Assembly: GCA_028534125.1 (NCBI GenBank)
Contig: CM052817.1
Coordinates: forward strand, 60,266,001-60,330,000
Source: Lama glama
Lineage: Eukaryota
Length of the DNA stretch: 64,000 nucleotides
Direction: 5' to 3'
In this document: piece by piece, positions 12,494 through 25,614 of the stretch
How positions within the stretch are numbered: the stretch's first letter is position 1
Layout of the letters: each line of letters opens with the position of its first letter
The notes under the pieces: model-generated
The model's database searches: none
What the model was told of the DNA's origin: nothing
What the model saw: only the letters and a program-made list of their open reading frames with translations
Position numbers and translations under genes: made by a program

Positions 12494-14954
12494 GTTCAAC
12501 TTGCATAGGCTTGCTAAATTCTATAGAGGAAGAATAGTGAAACATGGGAAGCTATTAGATTACAGTTTCTTATTGAAGGGCATAAGGTCACAAAATAATG
12601 ATTTCAGGATAATGGACTTGGTTGATGGCAGATTATAGCAGAAGGTAAGCACATAGAAACAACAATACAAATTAAACTCAGAATGTTTCACATTAAAAGG
12701 TCAGAAGGATAGGGCAATACCTATGCATATTTTTTTCCTGTGGCATTTGTGTGTTTGCATACATTGTGAGCGTGTTTGTGTATGTATGTTTAACATTTCT
12801 ATTCTTTTGTATATTTGGAAAATGAGTGGGGCTTGAACATTCTAGAATGTTTAGGGGAAGAAACCATTGTGAAGAAAAATGATATAAGAGAAAGAATGAA
12901 AAATTTGGGATAAAAAATTATCTTCAAAGACATTTCTAAAAATAGGGAGAGATGCCTAGTCTCCTAAAATAGCAGGAAAGTTACTGTTGTAAGTGCTTTA
13001 TGAAAATCAGTTCACACAATTGTTTAACAGTATTTTTGGGGTAGCTGTTGGTACTAACAGGATAGTGAAGTACAGTGGCAGTGCTGGGACTTCTTACACT
13101 TTCATAGTTGGACTCTAAAATCCATGTACCTACTGACCCCCGGGCACTGCCTCTCTGCCTAAACCCCAGTCTGGGCAATGGTAAGTGGGACGCTGGTTCA
13201 GCATCTCTGTATGTTTCAGAATGTAGGTGTCTGAAGAAAGAGAAATGAAAGGAAACTGAAACATATATAGGAGCAAGTGAAAAATGGGGAGGGGCAGAAG
13301 CCAAAACAGGAGACAGAAAATGAGTAGAAGATTCTAGAAAGAAATTGGCTTAGAGAAAGGAAAAGAAATGAAGACAAATGCAAACTACATTAGATGCTGA
13401 ATTAAGTGTGCTATTAAAATTAAACTACTTTAGTTATATATAGCTCATTTATTTTTAGAATAAGTTATCACATTATTAGGTTTGAAATTTAGTCTATTTC
13501 TTTTAAAATTAACTTCTATGAGTAGCTTCAACTATCTTTTAAAAACTCATCCACTCATCTGCAGTATTCCTGTCACTTTTTGGAGTAGTTGCACAGAAAA
13601 CATGAAATTATGTTGAGAAAGATCTGTGTGGAAATATTGTAAGGATAAAGACTGAATAAAAATTACAAACTACTAAATTTAGACACTTCATCAAAAATCC
13701 TTTAATTACCCTAAATATTTTGTATCTTTCTAAAAATTACACCTGTCTTTCAAGTGTAATATTGTGCTTTCCATTGGAGATTTTTAAAATTATTTGGAAA
13801 AAACAAGAATATAAATGTTATAATAAATTCCTTAATAATAAATTTGCTCTTAAAAATTAACTACTTAGTTTAAATAAATTTCTATTCCCATGGAAAAAAT
13901 GAGGTACAGTTTTAGACTTTAAAAAATCAATTTCATTTATATAATTGAGAGTATGGCTTTTTAAAAAATAAGTAGGTACTTTTATTTTCAGTCTACCCTA
14001 TATTTAAATGTGAAATTCATTAGAACACGATAAATTACCATTTGGTGTTGCTATGTTCAATAAAAAGTTTTGTAAGAAGAGAATACTGATCAAATGTAAA
14101 TATTTGTTTTTATTTTTATTTTCTACTCTGTTCTTAAGGAGTGAAAATTTTAGTTTCCATTCATTACTAGAAAGAGAAAAGAATAAAAAAAAAAGGAAAT
14201 TCTTCACTATACTAGTTTAACTGACGAAGGATTCCAGTGGTCATAGTGCTTTGAATATTAAAAAATGTATAATTTCTATTATATCCAGGTTTTTTTTTCC
14301 CTTTAGTGATGGTTTCAAATTTTCTTTGAGTAACATGCAGCAACATGAATGTTATCTTTTGAAATTTCTCTTATCTTGATTAATAAAAGGAAGAACGTAA
14401 TGAGTATTTATTTACCCTTTCTTTTTCTTCTTGTTTTTTAAGAAAACATAATTGAAAAACAGAACATCTAAATTTCAATCAACAGATACATAAAAAAATC
14501 CTTTATACCAAGAGGTTTTTTTTTTATTTCAGCTCAGTACTTCCTGTGGTTAAAGCCCTTTACAAAATGTACCTTCCTGATCAGGGTCTTATGTAGAGCA
14601 TTTCAAGGTCAACAATTAAAACACCTTTCATCCAAGGCCTCAGGTTAAACCATGGTACATTTAGTGTGAAAGGGATTGCAAACCTAAATGAAGAGGGTTT
14701 TATCTAGTAAATGAAATCATTGTCACAAAATGCTTGTGGACTTCAAAATGAGTAGCATTTGTCATCCTCTGAGGCTTCCTGTAGTACAGTGTCTATGCCT
14801 CAAGAGTTATGTATCACCATATTAGGCACCAATCAAGGTGAGTTTTTCTTGCTTACTTTTTGCTGAGAATTCCTTGCTGCTAACCCCGTCTATTAAAAAG
14901 AAAAAAATACAGTATTTACTGTTAATATGGAAACTAAAGCCAAAAAACAAGTAG

Positions 14955-15070
14955 TTATTAGAAAATGGCACCTCCTGTGTGTACCCAGACATGACACTAG
15001 GTGTTTGTACCCACTATATCAGTCCCTTAGCAGTTTTGTAGAACATCTCCTTATTTCTTAGTTAGCAAAT
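14955..15070 (-). mobile_element. MIR fragment
   Basis: gcacctcctgtgtgtacccagacatgacactaggtgttt resembles the MIR 3' part in antisense. Confidence 0.5.
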
Positions 15071-16880
15071 GGGATAAAGACATTGTATGGGGTAGGGCTT
15101 CTTTGGGGAGTATAATCTGATTACATAACAATAATAGAACACTAACAGAATTTTATTACATTAAATATCCTACAGTTTTCACTGTTCAGTACAAATTATT
15201 TTTTTCTTGAAGAATGGCATGTAATCATTAGACTGTGCAATGTTGGAGGATACTAAACAAGGACATGTCGCCAGTTTACTGAAAATAATTATTTTATTTA
15301 TTTAGGATACCAATGCTCTTTGTTAAAAAATAAAAGATGAAAGTTTTAATTACTCAGGGACTAAGTAGTTAGCTAATCAATTGTTCAGATAATACTTTAT
15401 TCCAGATTTGCCTTTAACTTTCAGTAAAGTGGTATTGTTACTTGCTGTGTTTCATCCGGAGCAGAAATAGAAAGAAAGATGAAACTAGTTAATATCAGCT
15501 TGTTTGGCTCTGTGTTTGGTGAGAGAGAATGTTGACACTGGATTAAAGTAAAGCTGTTATTTATTTTGAGTTGTTATGCATCCATCATTAGTTTTCACTA
15601 ATGAAAAGTTAGCTGCAGTTTACCCACCAAGAGATCAATTCCATTTTAAGAGCAATTTATAAAGCTTGGACACAACTGTGACTATGAAATAGTACAATTC
15701 ATCAAGTCTTAAGAGTGGACCAACAAAATTGACTAATCAAAATCTAATTTCACCACTGGCCCCAAAAAAGAGAAGTTAAGACTTCCAAGAGCCTCTTTTT
15801 TGCTGGATTAGGTCCCTGCCTGTCTTACTATCCTCTGTTTCCCTCTACTGTGTCCAGCATAGTGGTATAATATCAACGGAAAGCTAAAAGTCCTAGGAGA
15901 GGACTAACATGAAGAAGCTCAGTTACAGGAAAGACAAGCAACAACTCTATACAAAATTTGCATGGAGGGTAAAAAATCTGCACCACATTCTTATAAGTTC
16001 TTATCCCCAAAGCAGAAAACACAGATTTAATTTTGCTTTGTTTTACAATATGTGAGTTATCCAGCTTAAGAAGGAGTTGAGTGTGTATTATGTAAATCAG
16101 AAAGAATGTGGAGAGAGCCCTTGTGTCCATCATGAATTTTTTTATATTGAGCAATGATTTCCAAACTACGTTCCAATGTATATTCTTAGGTATATACAGG
16201 ATTCCATGAGATTTTACTTTTAAATTCTTTCAAGGAGTACACAACATCTGTACTGAAACACATATACATACACACACTGGAAGAACAAGAACACAGTCTT
16301 TTAGCCAAGTACCTCCATGCATTTTTATTCCCTCCATTTTCTTCTGAGTTGGCACCAAGTGAAGAATAAGAGTTTTTGTTTGTCAGTCTGGGTTTCTCAA
16401 ACTGGCATCCAAAAACATATTCTTGAGACCTCAAAGGTTTTAACTTTGAAACACTGGTGTAGATGATCCTTAATTAACCAATTGCTGTCAGTGGTTCTGT
16501 GACGGTAGTAAGACCTAGGTGAATTGCTGAACATAAAACAGCAGGAAGATAATTTGCATTTGGGTTGTCATCATACTCTCCATGTTCACATCTTTCTCCT
16601 TTTATAAGATATACTCTTAAAAATAACTTAAAGGGCAGAGCACAGCCAGCCAAGCTGGATTCAACCTGGCTTCCCTAGCCTCACCTGTCCTGCAGCTGCT
16701 CTTCCCTAATGGCCAGTAATACAAGCCCAAAGCCGCACTAATTCTCTCAAATGGTCCCATTGCCTTTACCTTCCTTTCTTCTTATCAGCTCCAGATGGTC
16801 TCTCTCTTTTTTTTTTTTCTGTAAAAAATCCAAAACTTGATAATTGTTTTAAGAAAGACATTAAAAGGTAGTAAATTAGA

Positions 16881-16975
16881 AACAGTGTAGGGAAGATAAT
16901 TAAGAACATGATTCTGAACTCAGCTTGCCTATGTTCAGATTCTTTGCTCTACCACTTAATTTTGTGACATTAGAT
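16881..16975 (+). mobile_element. MIR 5' fragment
   Basis: attaagaacatgattctgaactcagcttgcctatgttcagattc...gctctaccacttaattttgtgac. Confidence 0.7.
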
Positions 16976-19199
16976 TCACAAACCGTATTATTAGATAATT
17001 TAAATTGTGAAATTTTAATCATATTTAATATTTACAAGTAATTTAATTTGAAACCAAAATTAAGAGATTTTTTTAAGGTAAAGCTTGAGTGCAATGTCAT
17101 AATACAATTATGACCATGTCTTCACAATAAAAGAAATGGTATGAGGTTACCCAGGCTAAACTGATGGTCTGTTCTAATATCCCCATGACATTTTTCTTTT
17201 CAAGCCTAACAGATGACTTTTATTTTAATTTTATTAGGCATAAAATGAAATCTTAAAATTCTATAAAAAGTACAAAGGAACCTCCTGTTTGCATAAAGAT
17301 ATTAACAACATCATTTTATCTCAAGATCATTAAACATTCCCATGCATGTGCTACTGTAGCACAGATTCTCATTACTGAAAAAGAGAAGCTAAAGATGGTC
17401 AGGACTTTAGTTTTACATAACTTTTCTGATCACAAATAGGCAAAAACTATACTATCAAATGTAGGTTTAAAATGGAATTGCATCTATTAATACTAAAGAA
17501 AACTTAAAGCGGTATGCAGCCAACCTTTTATATTAAGGGAAAAAACTCATAAAACATAAGAATTGTGATAACTTTTTAATTATACAATATATTTATTGGA
17601 GTTGTTTGTATTTTTTAAAAGAAAAGTTTAAGAGAAAATAAATCAATAGTTACTCTATATTTAGATACAGGCCCATTAACAATTAATATTTGAGGTATTT
17701 TTGTAGTCTCTTAAAATTTACTCACAAAACACGAAATTCCGAAAAAGGTTACCTTTCTATTTGTCAAAATGACTAGAGCATTCTTTTAAAAGCTTCTTAT
17801 ATAATTTTAATAGTCTTATTGGAAGTATTACAGATGTTTATCTAAAACTATTTTACTAGACAACAGAAAAATTTGTGTCTTAGAAGAGAATTTAAATTCA
17901 AAGGACATGTTAAGTAATTAAAACATCACAAATGTTAATAGGATTATTTAACAACATATTTCTATTATAAGGAAGATAGATACTTAGTAGAAAGCATTTA
18001 TGAAGGAAATGACATTTACTTTTGATAATGGATTTGCAAAATGGAAAAGAATTAGGAAACTTGGCTTTTTTCATAACAAAAAAGAAAACTTTAAAAAGTT
18101 TTTGTGTTTTCAACTCTGGAGGAATGTATTTGCTTATATATTTCTGATACTTCAGGACTTAAATTTATAAGCAGGAAATATGTAAAATATATTATTCAGT
18201 AAAATGGATAGCATCCTAATTATTCTCTTTGGCTGTAAGGCATTTATTTATTCAGAAGAAGGATAATCCTACTGGCAATATACATAGCATTGTTTTATCC
18301 CTTTCTGTTTTCCTCTGAGAGATGAATTTTGTTTCTGAAAGTACCAAGGTAATAAAGATAACATTAAGGACTCAGAGTTAGCAATATTGGCTCAGACTAT
18401 GTCAAACATTTAGTTAAGGTAATGTAGTGACATAAAAAGTGAAACATAACTTATTATCAAAAAAAAAAAGCAACTGTTGATGACCATTTTTACCTAATTA
18501 GAATGTCTTTTGCAGGTTTGTCATCTGGCCATGCTTAGGTATTTCCCTTAAATAATTTATAATTAAAAGTAGAATGAGAATTAAGTATAAATTAAGACAC
18601 CAATTATCAGACTTAAATGACTGTATTTCTTTATTTTGAATGAAGTACAGTCTTTTGAGCTTATTATTACAACTCTTTTTTAAAAAAGAGATGAAAGAAA
18701 ATTACTTGGCAAAACCTGAACTATTTTGCAGAAGATACTATATGTGTGTGTGATTATAAATTAACACAGCCTAAAAATGATTTCAATCAAAGATACTTGT
18801 AGTAAGAAGAAATGTATAGACATAGGTAACCTAGCATGAGTATAATTTCCAGATCAACTGTAATGACAGTTGTGGCTTAAACTCCAATCATGACTTGAAA
18901 AACAAAATTAAAGATGATTTTTATATCAGAAGATAAGTGAGCTTTTCTCACGAAGTGTTGCATTCAGGCTTGTAAATGGATCATTTAGCTTTTGGGAAAG
19001 TTAGGATAATTTATCTTACTTAGTGAAATTAGCTCATAGTGTATTTCAACTGGCTGCAAGGAAAATTTTCTTTAGCTAATTATTCCTTTCTTTTATTTTT
19101 TTAACTCTTCACTTCTGGGTCCAATGTTATGAAATCATGATATTTGCTTTCACTTTGTTTGCAACAGGAAGTTTGTGTAAACTTTCTTAGGCATTACAT

Positions 19200-20230
19200 C
19201 CAAGATATTTGATATTTTATTTGTTTGCTTTATATTGTTTTATATATGATAGTACATATTTATAAAGTACTGTACTTCTGTACTACAAGCAGTACAGAAA
19301 TATAGAGAACATTTCCTTCTCTGCAACATCATTATTCCCACTCTGCAGAAATTTATGTATCTTCCCATAAATTTTATGTCAGTGCTAAAGCAAATATAAA
19401 ACAAAGTGTATGTGTATATGTGTGTATGTATATGTGTATATATACACAGATAAATGCATATATGTTTGCTTAAATATATGCTTGTACTCGTATATGTGAA
19501 TTTATATATTTATATTTATATATTCATATATGGATATATAGAGAGGAAACAGCTTATTCTTTTTAATACACCAAATATATGATTTAAAATTTTCCTTTCA
19601 TAACAACTCTAGTAGATTCTTATTCTTCTATAAATTTAGTCTGTTTTATAGATGCTCCATAATTTATTTTTTCCAGTCATCTATTGCTGTACATTTAGGG
19701 ATTTTTTTTTTTTAGGGGGGAGCGTTGTCTTGGCTATTTGCATGCTTGCTATTATGAACAATGTGTTGAATGTGTTAGACCACAACCTTTCCAAAATTTT
19801 CCAGGAGTACATTTTTAATAAAAAAAATACCTAGTCAAAGAAATAGTGCATTTAAAAATTTGACAGATATTTCTGGATTATCGTCTAAAATTTCTGAATC
19901 AAAATGCTTTCATAACATTGTGTCGAAATTTACCCCTTGCCAACATGGTAATTTCAAAAAATTTATCTTGTTTTAAACTGTCTTTAAATATCTGTCTATA
20001 AACAATTTGTATTTCCTTTGTTATTAACTGTTGCTTCAAGTATTTTATTCATTTTTCTTATTTTGCTTAACTCTGCTTACTGATTTTAAAAGCTATTTAT
20101 AAAGTAATGCACTTTTTTTCCTGTTATGAGTTAGGCAATATTTCCTCCAAATGATCATTTAAAATAGTTTTCATTTCTAGTGTTTTTTTCAGTTGAGAGT
20201 TTAATATTTTTAAACCGTATTTTTAATAAT
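19200..20230 (-). mobile_element. Ancient L1 (L1ME/L1MC-type) 3' region with internal TA/TG-rich tract
   Basis: ccataatttattttttccagtcatctattgctgtacatttagg...gctattatgaacaatg...gtgcatttaaaaatttgacagatat. Confidence 0.65.
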
Positions 20231-20322
20231 AATATGTCATCACACAACCACAATCAAACAGAAAAGCTAACAGAATACATTGATACTATTTAGGCGTAAA
20301 TAATGAAACAGTGCCTCCTTTT

Positions 20323-20381
20323 TAAAAAAAATTCTACTAGTATTTTAGAGGCAGGTTGTGGGGGAAGGGAAGTAATTAGGT

Positions 20382-20416
<35 letters not shown>

Positions 20417-20500
20417 TTTCTAATAAATACTGAGATTGAACCCAGGACCTCATGCATGCTAAGCACTCACTTCACCACTGAGCTGTACCCCTTTCCCACC
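20323..20500 (-). mobile_element. Camelid tRNA-derived SINE (Vic-1 type)
   Basis: Minus strand reads ggggtacagctcagtggt...gcttagcatgcatgaggtcctgggttcaatc (A and B boxes), then (taaa)n and cctaattac. Flanked by cagtgcctcctttt (20309-20322) and cagtacctcctttt (20501-20514). Confidence 0.9.
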
Positions 20501-20705
20501 CAGTACCTCCTTTTAAGAAAATTTAATTAAGGGATTAAATTGTACGTCCCCAAATTATACCTATGTGTGAAGGTGTGTGTATATGTATGTATGTGTGTTA
20601 TGTATCTTTGGAGAGCAACCCTTAGTTAGTGTGTAGAAATAGGTGTTTTAGCATTGCTATTGATATATTGTTGCTTACAATTTCCTGAATGATATTTTGT
20701 ATGAA

Positions 20706-20940
20706 AGTGTTTCTCCAAATGCTAATAACTATTCCAAGAAATAGAGAATTCAGTAATGAAATATTTGGGGGAAAACTGCATAAGATATTCATCTCTTAGA
20801 GGTATCCAATAGGCCATCAAAAATCTGAAGAAAGCTGACAGTAAGGAAATGTGTTTAATTTCAGTATTTCTCAAGTCATTTACGCACATATCCTTTCCTT
20901 GTAGAACACTTTTGCCAGTACTCTCAGTGGAAATTCTAGT
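20706..20940. mobile_element. MER103-like hAT-Charlie element
   Basis: agtgtttctccaaa...tttgggggaaaactgcata...atctcttagag...cagtaaggaaatgtgtttaatttcagtatttctcaa; opposite orientation to the copy at 11138. Confidence 0.6.
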
Positions 20941-22066
20941 AGGGCTAATAGTGTGGTCTTTTCTGACAAGGTGTTAAAATCAGAAATTTTAAAAAGAGAA
21001 GTAAAGAACATTCCCAATATGAAATATAATTTTTAATAGTTTATCCTAAACCTTAAAAAGCAGTGGTATATGCCTTGAAATGGGGATCAAGACAGTGATA
21101 TAGTTGCCCCAAATATCTTACACTGAGCTACTTTTACTCTCCGTAAGTCAAATGAGTTAACAGTATATGAGAATATGATGTATGGTACTTTTGCTTCTTG
21201 GATGTAGAGAAGTAGATGGTAAAATAAAAATTTTTTAAATTCAAATATATTTACCTTATTCTAAACTAAGGAATAGTAGTCTAACTATATTGTGTTTTTA
21301 TAGCACTCAAAAAGCTTTAACTGTATAAAACTTTCTATAGTTCACTGAAACAGAATGAAATGATAAAAAGCATTAGTCTGTTTGTTTTTTTTCCCTCTGA
21401 GTTTCTTCTAGCAGCTCATTTTCTAGTGGGGAAAAAGGGAAACTTTCTATCAGAAACAATTTACAAACCATTTCAATTAAATCTTTTACCTAAAGTGATC
21501 CTATTAGTGCAAAATAGAATGAAAAGCCCGGCTCAGAATTCTATTCTGTGCCTCATTAATTGAAAACTTGTCATTTCTTTTTATAAATACCATACTTTCA
21601 AGACCTACTAAGATCATTTTAGTTCCGTAAGTCTTCTTTAATGAGATTCCAAAATGTGTTAAGCAAACAGGATCTAATCAAATGAGACCTGACTTTTTCT
21701 GGGAGACAAATGCCTAGCAATTTCTGTTCATGAGTATGCAGTAGATTTACAGGGATAATGCCAAGGGATGCTCTTGATTCTTAGAGGTCCTAGGGCATTA
21801 GTTATATACGTATATTGTAAATTTTATTATGAGAACTTTAAAAAATACATAAGGTTACTTAGCTATAAATTTCTCGACTTTTGGGGATTTAACATTCCCT
21901 TCTAAAGTTAAGAAAATTTGCCTATATAATTTATTACAAATTTTAAAACTTTATAGTTTAGCATAAAGCATGAACATTTTCAGAAAACAAATTTTAAACA
22001 TTGCAAAACTCATGTGTTTCACACTAAGTTTGTTAAGGTTCTTTGGTTCTATAGTTTGATTGGAGC

Positions 22067-22162
22067 AGTGATTCCAGTGGTAGATGTAATTGTCATAATT
22101 AATGAACTGAACACTTAAGATCTGTGTATATTGTTATATGTAAATTAAACCTCAATTTAAAA
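22067..22162 (+). mobile_element. Old L1 extreme 3' end
   Basis: gaactgaacacttaagatctgtgtatattgttatatgtaaattaaacctcaatttaaaa. Confidence 0.75.
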
Positions 22163-22419
22163 GAGTACCTTAGTTACCATTAATTCCTTCTTCTCATTAT
22201 TTCTGATATCTACTAACACATTGAAATAAAAGTATAAGGGTTACATTAATATAGCATTATTCGTTTGTCCGTAGACGTTAAATATTCTATACTTTAATGA
22301 AACAAGAAGAGAAAGTGGAAGAGGGAAAAAAGGTGAGTGAGGCTCTATTTTATCTCTGTGATGCTGAGAAATAACTAAAATGGCCATTAGCTCTATTGGA
22401 CCCACATCCTACAAGTGTA

Positions 22420-22580
22420 TTTAGAGTGTATTGCTTAATGGTAGTGTGCTCTTCATCACAAACTTAGCAGACAGTATGCCTTCAGTAAATACTTGTCGAT
22501 GAGAGGAGGGAAGGAGGGAAAAAAGAAAAGGAGAGAAGGAAAGAGAGAAAGAGAAAAAATGAAGGAAGGAGGGAAAGAAT
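22420..22580 (+). mobile_element. L2 3' terminus running into a GA-rich low-complexity tract
   Basis: cttagcagacagtatgccttcagtaaatacttgtcgatga then a gaaggaggg-type tract. Confidence 0.55.
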
Positions 22581-24091
22581 TTTAATCCAAGGCTACACAA
22601 GCATTTGGAAATATTTGAGTTCTCAGAGAGTACATCTCTGTAAGAGAGAGGAAACAATGAAAACTCTCTATGTAAGTTTATGCTGAGCACCATTTCAGGA
22701 AGATGCTTCATTATATTCTTCGGGATTAAATATTAGCTGTATTTAACGTATTTACTAGTTCCCTGGTGTACTGCAGGCTCTGTGCCCTATTGTGGAATTA
22801 ATTAGTGAGATTAGCTAGCAATGTGGGTCCATATAACTGAGTATCCCCTTCAACCTGTAGATGTGTTTTGTTTGTCCCACTTACATTTTTCTCATCACAA
22901 AATCGAGTTTCCTAGTTGTCAACTAGGAGTGGCACAAATCTTTGCTTAAAATGGACTTAAGTAATTTAAGCCTGCCGATACCAGGTAGGATTTGTATGTA
23001 AGCACGTCATTGTTTTATGTGGTTGAATTTGCACCATTTACCAGCTATAATATTAAAATATATTAATTTTAAAGTTTCTAACATTGGGACCAAACCAAAC
23101 TAATTTTGTAGCGAAGTAGGTTAAAAAAAGTCAGAAATAAACTTTAAATACAAGCATTTTCGCTAAGTAACATGGTTCTAACAACCCTCCCATAGGAGGA
23201 AGTAGATAAGCAAGTATCTACTGAAATGTGAAACATGATCTTTATCAAGTTATTCTGCATTCAATTTTTACGTGTATTCCAGTGTTAACTGCCACCTCTC
23301 CAAATTAAAATGTTATTTATTTAAAGAGAAGTTCCATCTTGATTTATAGATCTGGATCCATGTTAATTTGGAAAAAATTAATATCTCAATTTGTAATTGT
23401 GTTTGTAAACATATTCATTACTCAAAATAAAGTGAAAAGAAAGGAAAGTGAATAAAATTCATTTAAAAAATCCATTCTGTATTCTAACTGCCTTTCATTA
23501 AGAGAAGCAGTGTAACAGCAAGGAAGTAACACATATTTTTGACTAGCAGACTGTGAAGAGAAAGTAGCTTTTCTCCCTCTTTGTCCGTAGTTACTATCTT
23601 CCCTTTCATTACAATTAGTTATAATCAATTAGTATTTAACAGGGACTTATGGTTTTATTTATAATCTGTTTCTGCTTTATTCAAATGCTTTCTGAGGTTT
23701 GCTTTGTAGCTTGATGTTATTTTTTTTACACATTAAGCTCATTATAAAATGATTTATCGGAAACATTTGGCCTCACAGTCTACTTTAAGCATAGGACAAC
23801 ATATGGATCATTGGGAAATAACTGTTGTATTTGAAGATAAACATGTCTCATCTGTACAGAACTAAGTACGTATACTTTACACGTGAAACTCCCTGGTATC
23901 CCAGGCTTGACTTTATTTATTATCACCAGAAATATCTGCCATTTTCTGATGTATTTCTAAACTGGCCAAGTGTATTTTAAAGTTTGAAAATCAGTTCCAT
24001 TAAATTTTAGTCCACAAGTACTTTGAGATTTACTTTGATGTTACAGAAATAGAATGGTGGAGAAAAGGGTATTCAAAACAGAGTTGCAGTC

Positions 24092-24095
<4 letters not shown>

Positions 24096-24134
<39 letters not shown>
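24096..24134. repeat. (TG)n microsatellite
   Basis: Uninterrupted TG run. Confidence 0.97.
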
Positions 24135-24138
<4 letters not shown>

Positions 24139-25614
24139 CAGCATTCTAAGTAAGCCCTTGAAAATTATCCTCCAGCCATCACTCATCTTTGCCTGATTGG
24201 CATCTTAGGTGTTTTATGCTGGACAAAGCTTATTATGAATATCTAAACTTAAAAATGGATTTTCTAAAAGTTTTTAAAAGAATATAGGAAATTGTATTCA
24301 AATTTTTATGTTGCTACTACTGGCCAAGACCAAATGAAATTTGTAATTTTTTTCATTCATTTATAATTTTACACTTGCACTGCGCACGTTTTAACTTGCA
24401 TACTGTTTGGAAAAACAAAGAAAAGTCAATGACCTGAAAACTTACCATTTTTACTAAGTGACACCAAGAATAGGCAGGTCATGAAAATGGAAAGGATGTT
24501 TGTACAGATGCGAAGTGCAGATGTTATTCAGAATTGAAAGGAAGAAAAAGGGAGAGTAAGAAAATTGCCTCTTGGCAAATCAACTGAGGAATGCAGTCAA
24601 CATTTTTTGTTTGTTCGTTTTACATATAAAATCATTTTTCAGTTCTTCTGGAACTATATATAGGGCAGTGGGGCTTTTGTTGTAGTGATTTATTTGTTTT
24701 CATTTGGCTACTATTTATTTGGAATGTCGTTATTAGCTATTTATCAGAGGTTAGAACAGTCATATAAATTCTTAGGGTCAGTGTGCCCAATGTCTTAGTT
24801 TAATTCATTAATTTATAACAGTTGGACACTCTACATTTCACATTTCATTACTAACGCTAACATTCACAAAGGAAGCACTGAAGAGAACATTGAAGTGGGA
24901 TGGTACAACTTCATAGCACTCTTAGAATATAAAGCTCAAGTAAGTACTGTGTATCACTGGGCAAAGGATGAGTATACTAAGTAGTTGGATACGTATAAAC
25001 AGCTCTCTTTTTCCTGGGCTTTAAAGAGGGTATCGCAGGCAAATTTAATTACTCTTTCCTAATAGTGTTGTAGTTTCACAGTGAAAAGGCTCAGCGATTC
25101 AGAACACATTCATATATTATTATCTTATTTCTGGAGATAAGGGGAAGAACAGATAAATTCTCAAACATGCACTGATTTTTACAATGAGATTCAGAGCTTA
25201 ATAAACATTTTTCTATCTTCAAATTCTCTTATTGAGGGTAGATAACAATATACTTAAACATACGTGATAGCTTACTTTGTTAAAAGAAAGAACTAAAGAA
25301 CAAATTTTAAAACTTAGGGAACAGTTTTTATTTTTCCATGGCAGGTTGTTAATGCAGTAACTCCAGGAACACAACACATACCTATTAATAAGAATGGAAG
25401 ATTCTAATCCAGATCTAAGTTATCTAAGGTACTATTTTATCAGCAACATTAAAACAGTAATATCAATAAATGTTTTTAAGTTTGGTTAACTCTGTTCTTC
25501 ATTTGGCAAGTAGGAAATCAGAAGGACAAGAAGCCCATATAGTACACCTAATCCACACTTGGAAAAATTTTTGTTACATACTCCTTTTTTAGAAAAAAGA
25601 GAGTCAGGCTCTTT

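Larger units (their letters stand above)
10800..12950 (-). mobile_element. Fragmented L2 with nested MER103, MIR and L1 insertions
   Basis: Purine-rich L2-antisense pieces near 10800-11130, 11480-11860 and 12500-12950 (gggcattctaagcagaggg; tgtgttttagaaaag; aataccaacaggatttgtt). Confidence 0.55.

Noticed and set aside
12936..12973. MEF2-like ctaaaaatag motifs
   Set aside because: Expected by chance in AT-rich DNA and lies in decayed L2 context.
19276..19299. Hairpin ttctgtact-acaagc-agtacagaa
   Set aside because: 9-bp AT-rich stem inside an old L1; too short for a pre-miRNA and compatible with chance.
20425..20500. tRNA-like sequence
   Set aside because: It is the head of the SINE, with a SINE tail and TSD; not a tRNA gene.
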